DNA from: Alphaproteobacteria bacterium MarineAlpha5_Bin9
Lineage (GTDB): Bacteria; Pseudomonadota; Alphaproteobacteria; HIMB59; GCA-002718135
Assembly (NCBI GenBank): GCA_002937895.1
Contig: PTKV01000004.1
Span: forward strand, 11,496-75,495
DNA: 64,000 nucleotides
Direction of reading: 5' to 3'
Under the pieces are notes generated by a model. It worked only from the letters and a program-made list of their open reading frames with translations. It was not told the DNA's origin and searched no databases. Every line of letters starts with the position of its first letter. Positions within the stretch are counted from its first letter, which is position 1. Made by a program: the position numbers and the translations under genes. This document shows, piece by piece, positions 1-10,757 of this stretch.

Positions 1-228
1 AAAATTAAAAAAAATATTTTTAAAATAATCATATCTGTTTTATTTATGGGTTTAATATGCTTTCTACTAAATGAAAATTGGTTTGTAAATTTAGACCAAA
101 TGGCATTTTCTTTGAAGGTCTCACTATTGTTAATAATCATAGCACTTTGTAATTTGATTTATACTCTTTTGATTTTTATGTTAAAAGTCATTACAATTCA
201 TGACCTTAAGAGTTATATAAAAAAATAG
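1..228 (+). CDS. 3' end of a membrane-protein gene entering from upstream of the window (best guess: MurJ/MviN-like lipid II flippase C-terminus)
   Basis: Frame 1 is open from base 1 to the TAG at 226-228, so the 60-aa ORF listed at 46 is only the tail of a longer CDS. The translation is a hydrophobic helix followed by a short basic tail. The murJ-trpS adjacency in Alphaproteobacteria is from memory. Confidence 0.4.
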   Translation, partial: KIKKNIFKIIISVLFMGLICFLLNENWFVNLDQMAFSLKVSLLLIIIALCNLIYTLLIFMLKVITIHDLKSYIKK

Positions 229-229
229 T

Positions 230-1234
230 ATGAAAAAAAATAGAATATTATCTGGTGTCCAACCTTCAGGCGACTTACACATTGGAAATTATTTGGGTGC
301 AATAAAAAATTTTGTTAAATTCCAAAATCAATATGAATGTTTATTTTGTGTAGTGGATTTACACGCTATTACTGTCTGGCAGAATCCTTCTGTTATGTTA
401 CATCAAACAAGAAAAGTTATATCTGCTTTCATAGCATCGGGGATAGATCCGAATAAAAATACACTGTTTGCTCAATCTGATGTTCCCCACCATACACAAC
501 TAGCATGGATATTTAGTTGTGTTGCTAGAATGGGTTGGTTGAATCGCATGACACAATTTAAAGATAAAGCTGGTAAAGACAAAGAAAATGTTAGTGTTGG
601 TCTTTTTACCTATCCAACATTAATGGCAGCTGATATTCTTATCTATTTAGCAACACATGTACCTGTAGGTGAGGATCAGAAGCAGCACTTAGAATTAACT
701 AGAGATATAGCACAAAAATTTAATAATGATTTTAATACAAGTTTTTTTCCGTTACCTGAACCGTTGATATTAGGAAATGGAAAAAGGGTAATGAGCTTGA
801 GAGATGGTTCGAAGAAAATGAGCAAATCAGATCCCTCAGATTATTCAAGGATTATGCTTACAGATACAATTGATCAAATTTCAAATAAAATAAAAAAGGC
901 TAAAACTGACTCACATCCTATATCGGACAATTTAGAAGATATTAAAAATAGATTAGAAGCTCATAATTTAATATCTATTTTTGCTTCATTGAATGATAAA
1001 GAAGTTTCTAGTGTTTTAAATGAATATTCAGGCAAAGATTTTTCTTATTTTAAAAAAGATTTAATTGAATTAATTGTTGAAAAAATCTCTCCAATTGGGA
1101 AAGAAATATCTAAGTTAATGCAAGATTTAAATTATATAGATAATGTTTTGCTTCGAGGAAAAGAAAATTCAACAATATTAGCGGATTCGATTTTATCTAA
1201 GGTATATGAAATTATAGGTCTAAAAAAACGTTAA
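230..1234 (+). CDS. trpS: tryptophan--tRNA ligase
   Basis: 334 aa with a class I aaRS HIGH-type motif (HIGNYLG) and a KMSKS motif. Length is typical of bacterial TrpRS. Confidence 0.95.
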   Translation: MKKNRILSGVQPSGDLHIGNYLGAIKNFVKFQNQYECLFCVVDLHAITVWQNPSVMLHQTRKVISAFIASGIDPNKNTLFAQSDVPHHTQLAWIFSCVARMGWLNRMTQFKDKAGKDKENVSVGLFTYPTLMAADILIYLATHVPVGEDQKQHLELTRDIAQKFNNDFNTSFFPLPEPLILGNGKRVMSLRDGSKKMSKSDPSDYSRIMLTDTIDQISNKIKKAKTDSHPISDNLEDIKNRLEAHNLISIFASLNDKEVSSVLNEYSGKDFSYFKKDLIELIVEKISPIGKEISKLMQDLNYIDNVLLRGKENSTILADSILSKVYEIIGLKKR

Positions 1235-1305
1235 AATCCCCAATTTTATTAATAAAAAAAAATATTTTCATACGTTTGCCACAATAAAACCTATATAATA
1301 ATCAG

Positions 1306-1872
1306 ATGTTTATTCAAACCGAACCTACACCAAACCCACTTACTCTTAAATTTTTACCAGGTAGAGTAGTAATGGACAATGGCACCATTTTTTTTCAAAA
1401 TAAAAATGATACTACTGCCTCACCATTAGCTAAAGTTTTGTTTGATATCGAAGGTGTAAGCGGTGTTTTTTTTGGAAGTGATTTTATAACTATTACTAAA
1501 GAAAAAGATATTGATTGGCAGGTTATAAAGCCGATAATTTTGGGATCTATAATGGATCACTATAATTCTGGTAAAGAAATATTGATTAATGATGACCAAA
1601 AAATAGAAAATAAAGAAGATAAGTTTGCCCCAAAAGATAAAGAAATAGTTAAACAAATTAAGGAATTACTTGATACCAGAGTTCGACCTGCTGTTGCTAT
1701 GGATGGGGGTGACATAACTTTTCAAAAATATGATGATGGCATAGTTTATCTTTACATGCAAGGAGCATGTTCAGGATGTCCTAGTTCTACAGCAACTTTA
1801 AAAATGGGAATAGAAAATATGCTTAAGCATTATATACCTGAAGTAAGCGAAGTAAGGCCAGTAGATGCTTAA
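1306..1872 (+). CDS. NFU1/NifU-like Fe-S cluster assembly protein
   Basis: 188 aa with an Nfu N-terminal-type domain (FIQTEPTPNPLTLKF) and a C-terminal NifU-like domain containing the CSGCPSS CxxC motif. Confidence 0.85.
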   Translation: MFIQTEPTPNPLTLKFLPGRVVMDNGTIFFQNKNDTTASPLAKVLFDIEGVSGVFFGSDFITITKEKDIDWQVIKPIILGSIMDHYNSGKEILINDDQKIENKEDKFAPKDKEIVKQIKELLDTRVRPAVAMDGGDITFQKYDDGIVYLYMQGACSGCPSSTATLKMGIENMLKHYIPEVSEVRPVDA

Positions 1873-2848
1873 ATCAAAATTAAAAAATTTTTTAAAAAAC
1901 CTGGTATTTTATATCTCAAGTTTTTTTTTGATTGTAGGAACATATTTAATTTATGTATCTACCATAGATATATATAATTTAACTAATTTTAATAAAAATA
2001 TTTCAAAGAAAATTTCTTTAATGAATGAAAGCTCGGATTTTAATGATGTTGATTTGGAGCAAATAATTACCACAAAAAAAACAAATAAAACATTTAAACC
2101 AATCATTAAGCCAAAAAAAATATTTTCAAAAAATGAAGTTTTTCAAGTAAACACAAAAATAGTTTTAGAAGATTTTTTAAATAAAGATCTTAATGAAAAT
2201 AAAGAAAAATTTATTGTTAAAATATTACCACTAATTGTTCGACAGAATAATCTTATTCTTTTAGAAAGACAAAAGTTACTGAATATACATAAATATATTA
2301 GTAATTATAACACTCTAACGAAAGATCATTACAACTATATTATTACACTATCAAAAAAATATAAAATTGATTATAATAATCAACACAAAATAGATATTAT
2401 TAATAATTTATTGTTAAGAGTAGATCAAATTCCAAATTCTATTGTTCTTGCTCAAGCCGCAAATGAAAGTGGGTGGGGCTCTTCACGATTCGCAAAAAAT
2501 TATAATGCTCTTTTTGGAGAATATACTTATAGTTATGAAAATGGAATAATTCCAAATGAAAGAAGTCAAGGAGAAACTTTTTTAATTAAATTTTTTGATA
2601 ATCAAGAAGAAAGTGTTAAATCATATTTTTTAAATATTAATACACATCATGCTTATAGTGATTTTAGAAGAGAGAGACAAAAGCAAAGATTAATAAGTAA
2701 TGATTTATTGAATCCTTTTGATTTGTTACATCATCTTAATGGTTATGCTGCTGATAAAAATTATATTAAAACGTTAAAATCAATAATTACTACAAATAGA
2801 TTAAACAAGCTTGATAAATTTTCTGATTTAGATTCTCTTTATTCTTAA
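1865..2848 (+). CDS. Bax/FlgJ-like glucosaminidase-domain protein (cell-wall hydrolase family)
   Basis: 327 aa with an N-terminal TM helix, a Lys/Asn-rich linker and the C-terminal motif AQAANESGWGSSRFA typical of the glucosaminidase domain. Confidence 0.6.
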   Translation: MLKSKLKNFLKNLVFYISSFFLIVGTYLIYVSTIDIYNLTNFNKNISKKISLMNESSDFNDVDLEQIITTKKTNKTFKPIIKPKKIFSKNEVFQVNTKIVLEDFLNKDLNENKEKFIVKILPLIVRQNNLILLERQKLLNIHKYISNYNTLTKDHYNYIITLSKKYKIDYNNQHKIDIINNLLLRVDQIPNSIVLAQAANESGWGSSRFAKNYNALFGEYTYSYENGIIPNERSQGETFLIKFFDNQEESVKSYFLNINTHHAYSDFRRERQKQRLISNDLLNPFDLLHHLNGYAADKNYIKTLKSIITTNRLNKLDKFSDLDSLYS

Positions 2849-3873
2849 TTATTAATATAGAATTGGATTCCGAACCATCTCCACTGATTGTCTTTTACAG
2901 TACAATTTAATCTCGATCTTCCTTTTTTTAACTTTCGATTTAATCTAATTTCAATTCTTTCATTAAATTTATAAACTTCTTTTTCAACTTCGCCATCACT
3001 GTCAAAAAGAAAACAATTTATTTTATTGGCTAGTTTTTGATCTAATAAAGAAAAACCAATAAATGGTGGATTTTCAATAATATTTGGATTTTTTGGTACG
3101 AAATCATAAACACCTAATCCTTTAGCGTTAGCAGCAAATTTAAATCTTTCAATATCTCCATATTTTTCATTTAAAGAGAATCTTGGTAGATAATAATAAT
3201 TTGATGTTTCATTAATTACCCCCGAATGTTGACCGAAAGCAACTTTATATTTGTAATCCTCTAACAAATTAAACATTTTTTCATCTGTTTCACCAAAAGG
3301 ATATGCAAACAAGCTTGGAATTTCGTTAATTTCATTTAAAAATATTTTATTTGATGTTTCAATTTCACTCTTTATTTCATCTAAGCTCATTGTAGATAAA
3401 TGTGCATGTAAATGAGAATGAGCACCAATTGTGACACCTTCTTTTTTTAGTTGTCGAATTTCGTCCCAATTTAAATAGTTTTTGCTATTATTAGAAATAT
3501 ATCCAGTTGTAACAAATAAAGTTACTGGAAATCCTTTTTCTTTTAAAATAGGCCAAGCAACCTCTAAAAAGGAGCGATCGGCATCATCAACACTAATACC
3601 AATAGTATTATTTGGCATCTCAATATCATTAATGATAGAATCTACAATATATTCTAGTGATTTTACATTATATTTTGTTTGTGATAATTCTTCCATATGT
3701 TGCAAAAATTGTTCTAATCTAATATTTGTAGAAGGGTATTTAGGTTTGTCAAATTTATGGTACATAAAAACAGTAGCAGAATTCTTAATATTAGCTGCAT
3801 AAATATTAGTGTTCAAAATAATAAAAATAAAAATCAAAAAATATTTTGTATTATAAAAAATTTTTCTTAACAT
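2845..3873 (-). CDS. secreted polysaccharide deacetylase (NodB-homology domain) with an extra C-terminal domain
   Basis: 342 aa with a signal-peptide-like N-terminus and NodB-type motifs (ISVDDADRS, HSHLH, AYPFGE). Confidence 0.75.
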   Translation of the reverse strand: MLRKIFYNTKYFLIFIFIILNTNIYAANIKNSATVFMYHKFDKPKYPSTNIRLEQFLQHMEELSQTKYNVKSLEYIVDSIINDIEMPNNTIGISVDDADRSFLEVAWPILKEKGFPVTLFVTTGYISNNSKNYLNWDEIRQLKKEGVTIGAHSHLHAHLSTMSLDEIKSEIETSNKIFLNEINEIPSLFAYPFGETDEKMFNLLEDYKYKVAFGQHSGVINETSNYYYLPRFSLNEKYGDIERFKFAANAKGLGVYDFVPKNPNIIENPPFIGFSLLDQKLANKINCFLFDSDGEVEKEVYKFNERIEIRLNRKLKKGRSRLNCTVKDNQWRWFGIQFYINN

Positions 3874-4510
3874 GAAACTTTACCTAGATATTATTTCGCC
3901 CAAACCTAAATTTATATTGTTTGATAACAATAACCTCATTAAAACTCTAGAATTACTTGATAAAAAAAAATCAAAAATTAGTGATTCTATAGATATTAAA
4001 TATCTAGAATTATCAAATAAATATAATTTTGCAAGAAAACTATCGCATTTATATATATGCATCGGACCTGCATCATATACAGCTCTAAGAGTAGGAATTT
4101 CATTTTTACTGGGTTTAAGCTATTCTTTAAATATACCCTTAATATCATTTAAATACGAAACATTTTTAAAACATTATATTAAAAGAAATCATTATTTTAA
4201 TACTGTTATTTTTATTTTTTCATCACAAAATCAAAATTTTATTTTTTATCCAAAAAATAAAATCAAAAAATATGAGATAGAAAAAATAAGATATGATGAA
4301 TTAATGACAAATAAAAAAATTTTTTTATATAAAAATTGTTTAATAAATACTAATTTATCCAGAAAAATATTAGATAAAATTAATAAAAAATTTGATAATA
4401 CAAAAATTTTGGAATGTAGCGATTATTTTAATTTTTTTAAAAACAATGTTAAAGATAATAAAAAATTAATAAAACCTTTATATATATCTGATAATAAAAT
4501 ATTTGATTAA
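3872..4510 (+). CDS. tsaB: tRNA t6A37 synthesis protein TsaB (YeaZ)
   Basis: 212 aa with the TsaB-type motif IGPASYTALRVG. It is followed by rimI, as in many bacteria. Confidence 0.7.
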   Translation: MKLYLDIISPKPKFILFDNNNLIKTLELLDKKKSKISDSIDIKYLELSNKYNFARKLSHLYICIGPASYTALRVGISFLLGLSYSLNIPLISFKYETFLKHYIKRNHYFNTVIFIFSSQNQNFIFYPKNKIKKYEIEKIRYDELMTNKKIFLYKNCLINTNLSRKILDKINKKFDNTKILECSDYFNFFKNNVKDNKKLIKPLYISDNKIFD

Positions 4511-4513
4511 GTT

Positions 4514-4999
4514 TTGAATAAAAATATATTTATTTTAAATAAAAAAAATGCTGGGCAATGCTTCCGGTTGATTTCTAACAACAGCTTAGAATCTTATTTT
4601 TTTGAATTAAATGGGTGGAGTAAAAAGCAATATTTTGAACAATTAAGCAAAAAAAATAATTTTTCTTTAGGATTAATTAATAATAATGAATTTATTGGAT
4701 TTATTTTGGGAGATTTAATAAATCTTGAAAATGAAATAGAATATGAGATACTAATTTTATATATTAGTAAAAGATATAGAAAAAAAGGAAATGCTACTTA
4801 TTTGCTAGAAATTTTAAAAAATACAAATTCTAAACGAATTAAAAAGTTGTTTTTAGAAGTTGCTATTTCTAATCAGCCAGCAATCAACTTCTACTTAAAA
4901 AATAATTTTATTAATTATGGTATAAGAAAAAATTATTTTTTTATTTCTAAAGATTATAAAGAGAATGCAATATTATTTTCAAAAAACATAAATCAATAA
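4514..4999 (+). CDS. rimI: ribosomal-protein-alanine N-acetyltransferase (GNAT)
   Basis: 161 aa GNAT-like ORF with an acetyl-CoA loop (RKKGNATYLLE) and a TTG start. It occupies the conserved position after tsaB. Confidence 0.7.
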   Translation: MNKNIFILNKKNAGQCFRLISNNSLESYFFELNGWSKKQYFEQLSKKNNFSLGLINNNEFIGFILGDLINLENEIEYEILILYISKRYRKKGNATYLLEILKNTNSKRIKKLFLEVAISNQPAINFYLKNNFINYGIRKNYFFISKDYKENAILFSKNINQ

Positions 5000-6316
5000 A
5001 TGACAGAAAAAAAATTTTTTATTAAATCATATGGATGTCAAATGAATGTGTATGATTCAAATCAAATTAAAAATTTACTTCTAAATGAAGGTTATAATGA
5101 AGCACTTCTTGAAAAAGATGCTGATTTAATTGTATTAAATACTTGCCATATAAGAGAAAAAGCATCAGAAAAAGTACATTCTGATATTGGTAGAATTAAT
5201 AAATTAAAAAAAACAATGTCTCAAAATAAAAATTATAGTTTAGTTTTAGCAGGTTGCGTTGCTCAAGCTGAAGGAGAAGAGTTTAAAAAAAGATCACCAT
5301 CAATAGATTATATTGTTGGACCACAATCTTACCATAAACTTCCTGATATGATTAATAAAAATGAATATAATATTGCTGATGATTTTTTACAAAATGATAA
5401 ATTTAATAATCTGGTTTTTAAGAATTCAAATACAGTTTCAGAGTTTATTAGTGTTCAGGAAGGATGTGATAAATTTTGTACTTTTTGTGTAGTTCCTTAT
5501 ACGAGAGGTTCAGAATATTCAAGATCCATCGATGATATTTTAAATGAAATCAAAATATATATGCAATCAGGAATTCAAGAAATTATATTATTAGGTCAAA
5601 ATGTAAATGCGTTTCATGGAATTAATTCAATTGGTAAAGAGGTAGATCTATCATTTTTGATAAATAAAATTGCTGAATTAGAAAAAATAAAAAGAATTAG
5701 ATATATGACCTCTCATCCAATTGATATGACTGATTCATTAATGAAATGCCATAGAGATAATGAAAAATTGATGCCTTTTTTGCACCTACCAATACAATCT
5801 GGGTCAGATCATATTTTAAAAAAAATGAATAGAAAGCATACTGTTCAAGAATATTATAAAGTTATTGAGAAATTAAAAGGTTATAGATCTGATATGGCCT
5901 TATCTTCAGATTTTATAGTTGGATTTCCTGGAGAAACAGATGAAGATTTTGATAAAACTATGAGATTTATAGAAAATATAAAATTTGTAATAGCATATTC
6001 ATTTATTTATAGTCCAAGACCAGGAACACCAGCAGCAAAGCTTGAACAAATTTCCAATCCAATTAAAAAAGCTAGATTGGCTGCTTTGCAAAGTTTATTA
6101 AAAAAACAACAAAAAGAATATAATGATTCTTTTTTAAATAAAAAAATCGAAATTTTGTTTGAAAAAAAAGGAAGATATAAAAATCAATATATAGGAAGGT
6201 CTATATATAATCAAAGTGTTCATGTTAAATCAAATTTAAATTTAATTGGTTCTCTTAAGAAAGTTAAAATTTCAAGTAACACTAATTTTTCATTAGAAGG
6301 AAAAATGTATGAATAA
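5000..6316 (+). CDS. miaB: tRNA-i6A37 methylthiotransferase
   Basis: 438 aa with N-terminal MTTase cysteines, the radical-SAM motif CDKFCTFC and a C-terminal TRAM-like region. Confidence 0.92.
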   Translation: MTEKKFFIKSYGCQMNVYDSNQIKNLLLNEGYNEALLEKDADLIVLNTCHIREKASEKVHSDIGRINKLKKTMSQNKNYSLVLAGCVAQAEGEEFKKRSPSIDYIVGPQSYHKLPDMINKNEYNIADDFLQNDKFNNLVFKNSNTVSEFISVQEGCDKFCTFCVVPYTRGSEYSRSIDDILNEIKIYMQSGIQEIILLGQNVNAFHGINSIGKEVDLSFLINKIAELEKIKRIRYMTSHPIDMTDSLMKCHRDNEKLMPFLHLPIQSGSDHILKKMNRKHTVQEYYKVIEKLKGYRSDMALSSDFIVGFPGETDEDFDKTMRFIENIKFVIAYSFIYSPRPGTPAAKLEQISNPIKKARLAALQSLLKKQQKEYNDSFLNKKIEILFEKKGRYKNQYIGRSIYNQSVHVKSNLNLIGSLKKVKISSNTNFSLEGKMYE

Positions 6317-7253
6317 AAATTTTGACAAAGTAATAGAAATAGAATTTGATGACAATACACTACTTAGTAGTATATTTGGCTTTGAAGATAAAAACATTCA
6401 TTTAATAGAGAAGTTGAATAATGTAACTATTAATTACCGAGGAAATATTCTTAAGATAGTTGGCAATAAAAATGCATTAGAAGAGACTAAAATTACTTTA
6501 GAGAAACTTTATAATGATGCAAAAAAAGGTTTTGAGATTGATGATGAAAAAATCAAAGATATTAGAAGTTCACTTACATTAGAAATAAATAATGATAATA
6601 TGAATTCTTCATCTATAAACTTAAAAAAAAGAAAAATATTACCAAGAACAAAAAATCAAAAAATATATTTAGATTTACTGAATAAAAAAAACATAGTTTT
6701 TGCTATTGGACCAGCAGGAACTGGTAAAACATATTTAGCTGTTGCAAAAGCAATATCATCTTTACAAAATGGAAAAATAAAAAAAATTATATTATCTAGA
6801 CCAGCGGTTGAGGCAGGAGAAAAAATAGGATTTCTCCCTGGAGATTTAAAGGAGAAAGTAGATCCTTTTTTAAGACCAATTTATGATGCTTTATATGATA
6901 TGATTCCATATGATCAAGTAGAGAAAAAAATAAATAGTGGAATAATTGAAATAGCACCAATTGCTTTTATGAGAGGGAGAACATTAAATGATTGTTATAT
7001 TATTTTGGACGAAGCTCAAAATACAACAAAAATCCAAATGAAAATGTTTTTAACTCGTCTCGGTAAAAATAGTAAAATGGTTATAGCTGGAGATAAAACT
7101 CAAATAGATCTAATATCAAAAAGTGATTCAGGCCTAGTTGATTCAGAAAAAAGATTGAATAAAATTAATGATATAGGTTTTATAAAACTTGAAAGTGCTG
7201 ATGTTGTTAGGCATGAATTGGTTCAACAAATTATTGAATCTTACGAAGAATAA
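6309..7253 (+). CDS. ybeZ: PhoH-like ATPase
   Basis: 314 aa with Walker A GPAGTGKT. It sits in the ybeZ-ybeY-corC-lnt order seen in E. coli. Confidence 0.9.
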   Translation: MNKNFDKVIEIEFDDNTLLSSIFGFEDKNIHLIEKLNNVTINYRGNILKIVGNKNALEETKITLEKLYNDAKKGFEIDDEKIKDIRSSLTLEINNDNMNSSSINLKKRKILPRTKNQKIYLDLLNKKNIVFAIGPAGTGKTYLAVAKAISSLQNGKIKKIILSRPAVEAGEKIGFLPGDLKEKVDPFLRPIYDALYDMIPYDQVEKKINSGIIEIAPIAFMRGRTLNDCYIILDEAQNTTKIQMKMFLTRLGKNSKMVIAGDKTQIDLISKSDSGLVDSEKRLNKINDIGFIKLESADVVRHELVQQIIESYEE

Positions 7254-7721
7254 ATGAAGGTAGAATATTCAATAATTTTAAAGACCAAAAATTGGCCTAG
7301 AAGATTAAAAAAAGTTAATCAAATTATCAATAAAGTTTTTAAAAATAAGAAAATGCTTAATTTTGATAAAAAAAGTGATTATTTTTTTAATTTTATATTA
7401 ACAAATGATTATTTTACTAAAAAAATGAATAAAACCTACAAAAACAAAAATTTTCCAACAGATGTTTTAACTTTTATTTACAAAATAAAAAAAAGATATA
7501 ATTTTGAAAAACATTGTGATATTATGATTTCAGCAGAAACAATTATATATGATTCAAAAAAATTAAATATAAACTTTTATGATAATTTTTTACATTTAAT
7601 TATTCACAGTATTCTTCACGTTAATGGTTATGATCACAATAATAACAAGAATTATTTAATAATGCGAAACAAAGAAATAAAAATTTTAAAATATTTTGGT
7701 ATTAAAAATCCTTACAAATGA
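7254..7721 (+). CDS. ybeY: rRNA maturation endoribonuclease YbeY
   Basis: 155 aa with the metal-binding motif HSILHVNGYDH. Confidence 0.88.
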   Translation: MKVEYSIILKTKNWPRRLKKVNQIINKVFKNKKMLNFDKKSDYFFNFILTNDYFTKKMNKTYKNKNFPTDVLTFIYKIKKRYNFEKHCDIMISAETIIYDSKKLNINFYDNFLHLIIHSILHVNGYDHNNNKNYLIMRNKEIKILKYFGIKNPYK

Positions 7722-8575
7722 CAAATAAAAATAATTTTCTTAAAAAATCTTGGAGAATTTGGTTAATAAACAAACTTCTTTCTTCTAAATCTAATATAGA
7801 TGAAGTTTTTGCTTTGTTAAGTGAAAAATCTGAAATGATTTCTGAAAAAAAATTAGAAGAAATTGATGATAATAATGAAAACAGTTTGATTAGAAATATT
7901 ATTAATTTGAATGAAAAAAGCGTTGAAGACATCATGGTTCCCAGGGCAGAAATAATTTCAATTGAAAAAAATCAAAATATAAAGAATATATTGGCAATAA
8001 TAAAGACAGAAGCTCATTCAAGAATGCCTGTATATGACCAAAATTTAGATAATACTCTTGGTTTTGTTCACGTTAAAGATGTTATTAAAAATTTAAATAT
8101 AGATGAGTTTGAGATTAGTAAAATTTTAAGAAATGTTCTTTATGTAGCCCCTAAGTCTCCAATTTTAGATTTATTAAAAAGAATGAGAGCGTCAAGGATA
8201 CATATTGGTTTAGTCGTAGATGAGTTTGGTGGTGTTGATGGATTAGTAACAATTGAAGATTTAGTAGAAGAGATTATTGGAGAAATTGAAGATGAGCACG
8301 ATGCGGATGATGATATAAAATTTCATAAAATTGATAAATCTAGAGCAGTTGTTGATGCTTCTTATAAACTTTCTGAACTTTCTAAGATCTATAATATTGA
8401 AATCAAAGAAATGAAAGATGATGAAATAGATACTGTTGGAGGTCTCGTATTTTTTTTATCTGGTAAAGTGCCTAAAACTGGTGAAATTTTTAAATACAAT
8501 AACTCTTTAAATTTTAAAATATTAAGTGCGTCTAATAGAAGAATAAATACAATTGAAATTAACAAAGAAAAATAA
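7718..8575 (+). CDS. corC: CBS-pair / CorC_HlyC domain protein (CorC/YbeX)
   Basis: 285 aa with tandem CBS domains and a CorC/HlyC C-terminal domain, in the syntenic position after ybeY. Confidence 0.85.
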   Translation: MTNKNNFLKKSWRIWLINKLLSSKSNIDEVFALLSEKSEMISEKKLEEIDDNNENSLIRNIINLNEKSVEDIMVPRAEIISIEKNQNIKNILAIIKTEAHSRMPVYDQNLDNTLGFVHVKDVIKNLNIDEFEISKILRNVLYVAPKSPILDLLKRMRASRIHIGLVVDEFGGVDGLVTIEDLVEEIIGEIEDEHDADDDIKFHKIDKSRAVVDASYKLSELSKIYNIEIKEMKDDEIDTVGGLVFFLSGKVPKTGEIFKYNNSLNFKILSASNRRINTIEINKEK

Positions 8576-8577
8576 AC

Positions 8578-10047
8578 TTGATTCGTTATTTAAAATTTCT
8601 TTTTTGCGGAGCTATATCATCTCTTTTATTCCCTCCGTTTTTATTTTTTCCTATAGGATTTATAGTTTGTCCTTTTCTTTTTTATTTAATAATTGATAAA
8701 AAAAATCAAAATTTGAATAAAACTAAAATTTTTTTAAATGGGTTTTTTTATGGTTTAGGATTAAATAGTATATTACTTAATTGGATTAAAGAACCTTTTT
8801 TAGTGGATTTAAATACTGCAGATTTTTTCTGGTTTTCTTATTTATTAATTATATATGTATCAATATATTTTGGATTTATATTTCTATTTTTAAGTTATTT
8901 TAAAAAAAATCTAAGCAAATTAATAATATTGCCTTCATTAATAGTAACTTTTGAGATTATAAGAGCAAATTTTATATATGGATTTCCTTGGGTTACATTT
9001 TCTTTAGCAGCTTCGGATAATCTTTATTTATTACAAATTGCATATTATCTCGGCACAGAGGGATTAAGTTTGTATGTATTGACTTTATTTTTTTCACCAA
9101 TTCTTATTTATTTTTTGATAATAAAATATCAAATAAAACAAGTATATTTTATTATATCTATATTTATATTTTTAAGTATATCATTATTCTATTTGAGTTA
9201 TAATAGACTGCATAATGACGAAAAATTTTCTGATAAAAAATTAGTAAATTTATCTATAAACCAATTAAATTACGCAGAAAATGAAAAGAATCTTGAAGAA
9301 ATACATAATATAATTTCCAAAAATACTAATACAATGTATATTTTTTCTGAAATAGATTACCCACATCTTGTTGATACCAATTTTATTAGTTCAGATTTCA
9401 AGAAATCATTAAAAACTGGAAGTTCAGTTTTGATTGGAGGTATAAGAAAAATAAATAATAATTTTTATAATTCATTATTTTATGTTTCTAATAAAAATTT
9501 TGAAATTTTTGATAAAAAAATTCTAGTACCTTTTGGAGAATTTTTGCCATTTAGAAAATATTTAAAATTTTTGTCTCCTATTTCGGGAAATATTGATCTT
9601 CAAAAAGGAAAAAATCAAAGATTAATTAATAGCTCTTATCATTTTAGTTTTATACCCATTATATGTTATGAAATAATTTTTAATAAGTTAATTTTAACAA
9701 AAGATAATGTTAATTTTCCAATCATGGTTAATATCACTAATGATTCTTGGTTTGGTGAGTATTCTGGCCCATTTCAACATTTTTATCTTTCCAGAATCAG
9801 AAGTGTTGAGTTTAATAAATATCTAGTAAGGGTTTCAAATAATGGAATATCAGCAATCATAGATAATTATGGCAACATAATAAACATGTTACCACTTAAT
9901 AAAACAGGAAAAATTGAATATCAACTATTTATTCCAGAAAGTATTGATAACAAATATAGATATCATTTTATTATTTATATTATCTTATTGTTTTTATTTT
10001 TTGTTGCAATTTTAATCGATGTTATATTTAGAAAATCAAAAAATTAA
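8578..10047 (+). CDS. lnt: apolipoprotein N-acyltransferase
   Basis: 489 aa with a multi-TM N-terminal half and a CN-hydrolase domain whose catalytic Cys lies in IICYEIIF. TTG start. Confidence 0.8.
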   Translation: MIRYLKFLFCGAISSLLFPPFLFFPIGFIVCPFLFYLIIDKKNQNLNKTKIFLNGFFYGLGLNSILLNWIKEPFLVDLNTADFFWFSYLLIIYVSIYFGFIFLFLSYFKKNLSKLIILPSLIVTFEIIRANFIYGFPWVTFSLAASDNLYLLQIAYYLGTEGLSLYVLTLFFSPILIYFLIIKYQIKQVYFIISIFIFLSISLFYLSYNRLHNDEKFSDKKLVNLSINQLNYAENEKNLEEIHNIISKNTNTMYIFSEIDYPHLVDTNFISSDFKKSLKTGSSVLIGGIRKINNNFYNSLFYVSNKNFEIFDKKILVPFGEFLPFRKYLKFLSPISGNIDLQKGKNQRLINSSYHFSFIPIICYEIIFNKLILTKDNVNFPIMVNITNDSWFGEYSGPFQHFYLSRIRSVEFNKYLVRVSNNGISAIIDNYGNIINMLPLNKTGKIEYQLFIPESIDNKYRYHFIIYIILLFLFFVAILIDVIFRKSKN

Positions 10048-10678
10048 TTATAAATTATACGGAAGAAGAAAGGGAAGAAAATCTTTTAGTTCAAAAGATA
10101 TATCTTTTTTGAATAAAAATTTATTTTGTAGTGAAAAAATAAAAAATAAAAAAATTATTTTAGATATTGGTTTTGGTTATGGTGAAAGCACTCTCTATCT
10201 TTCTTCAAAGTATAAAAATTCAATTATTATAGCTATAGATGTGTATAAAGACGGTATAATTAATTTATCTAAAAAAATAAGAGAAAATAAAATAAATAAT
10301 ATAATTATATTTAATCAAAATGCTTTATTTTTATTTGACAAAAAAAATATTAAAAAGTTAATTAGCGAAATATGGATTTTTTTTCCAGATCCTTGGTCAA
10401 AAAAAAAACATAATAAAAGAAGACTTGTTAATAAATACTTTATTAATAAAATTAATTTTTTTTTAAAAAAAGACTCTAAAATTTACATAACAACGGATTC
10501 GAGAGATTACTTGATTTCAATTCTTGATACTTTCTCTAAAAGCAAACATTATTTATGGATAAACGAAATTCCTTATAAGTGGGATTATGCATTTAATAAG
10601 CTGCCAGATACAAAATATTATAAAAAATCCCTTATAAACAAAAGAAAATCTTTTTTTTTACATTTTCAAAAAATATAA
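10019..10678 (+). CDS. trmB: tRNA (guanine46-N7)-methyltransferase
   Basis: 219 aa with the SAM-binding motif LDIGFGYGES and the TrmB-typical FFPDPW motif. The listed start overlaps lnt by 29 nt, so the true start may be slightly downstream. Confidence 0.8.
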   Translation: MLYLENQKINYKLYGRRKGRKSFSSKDISFLNKNLFCSEKIKNKKIILDIGFGYGESTLYLSSKYKNSIIIAIDVYKDGIINLSKKIRENKINNIIIFNQNALFLFDKKNIKKLISEIWIFFPDPWSKKKHNKRRLVNKYFINKINFFLKKDSKIYITTDSRDYLISILDTFSKSKHYLWINEIPYKWDYAFNKLPDTKYYKKSLINKRKSFFLHFQKI

Positions 10679-10732
10679 TTCTTGTCTTTTTTAATTAAAA
10701 TATTATAAGGGGCAAAATTTAGGAATTGTTGA

Positions 10733-10757
10733 GGTGGGAAATTCCCACCTTTTTTTT
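10733..10757 (+). terminator. intrinsic terminator-like hairpin plus T8 tract, 9 nt upstream of the nusA ATG
   Basis: GGTGGG-AAATT-CCCACC is followed directly by TTTTTTTT. This is the only canonical GC-stem plus U-tract structure I found in the window. Confidence 0.6.

Noticed and set aside
46-228. 60-aa ORF listed as a stand-alone gene
   Set aside because: Its frame is open back to base 1, so it is the C-terminal tail of a gene that starts upstream of the window, not an independent small gene.
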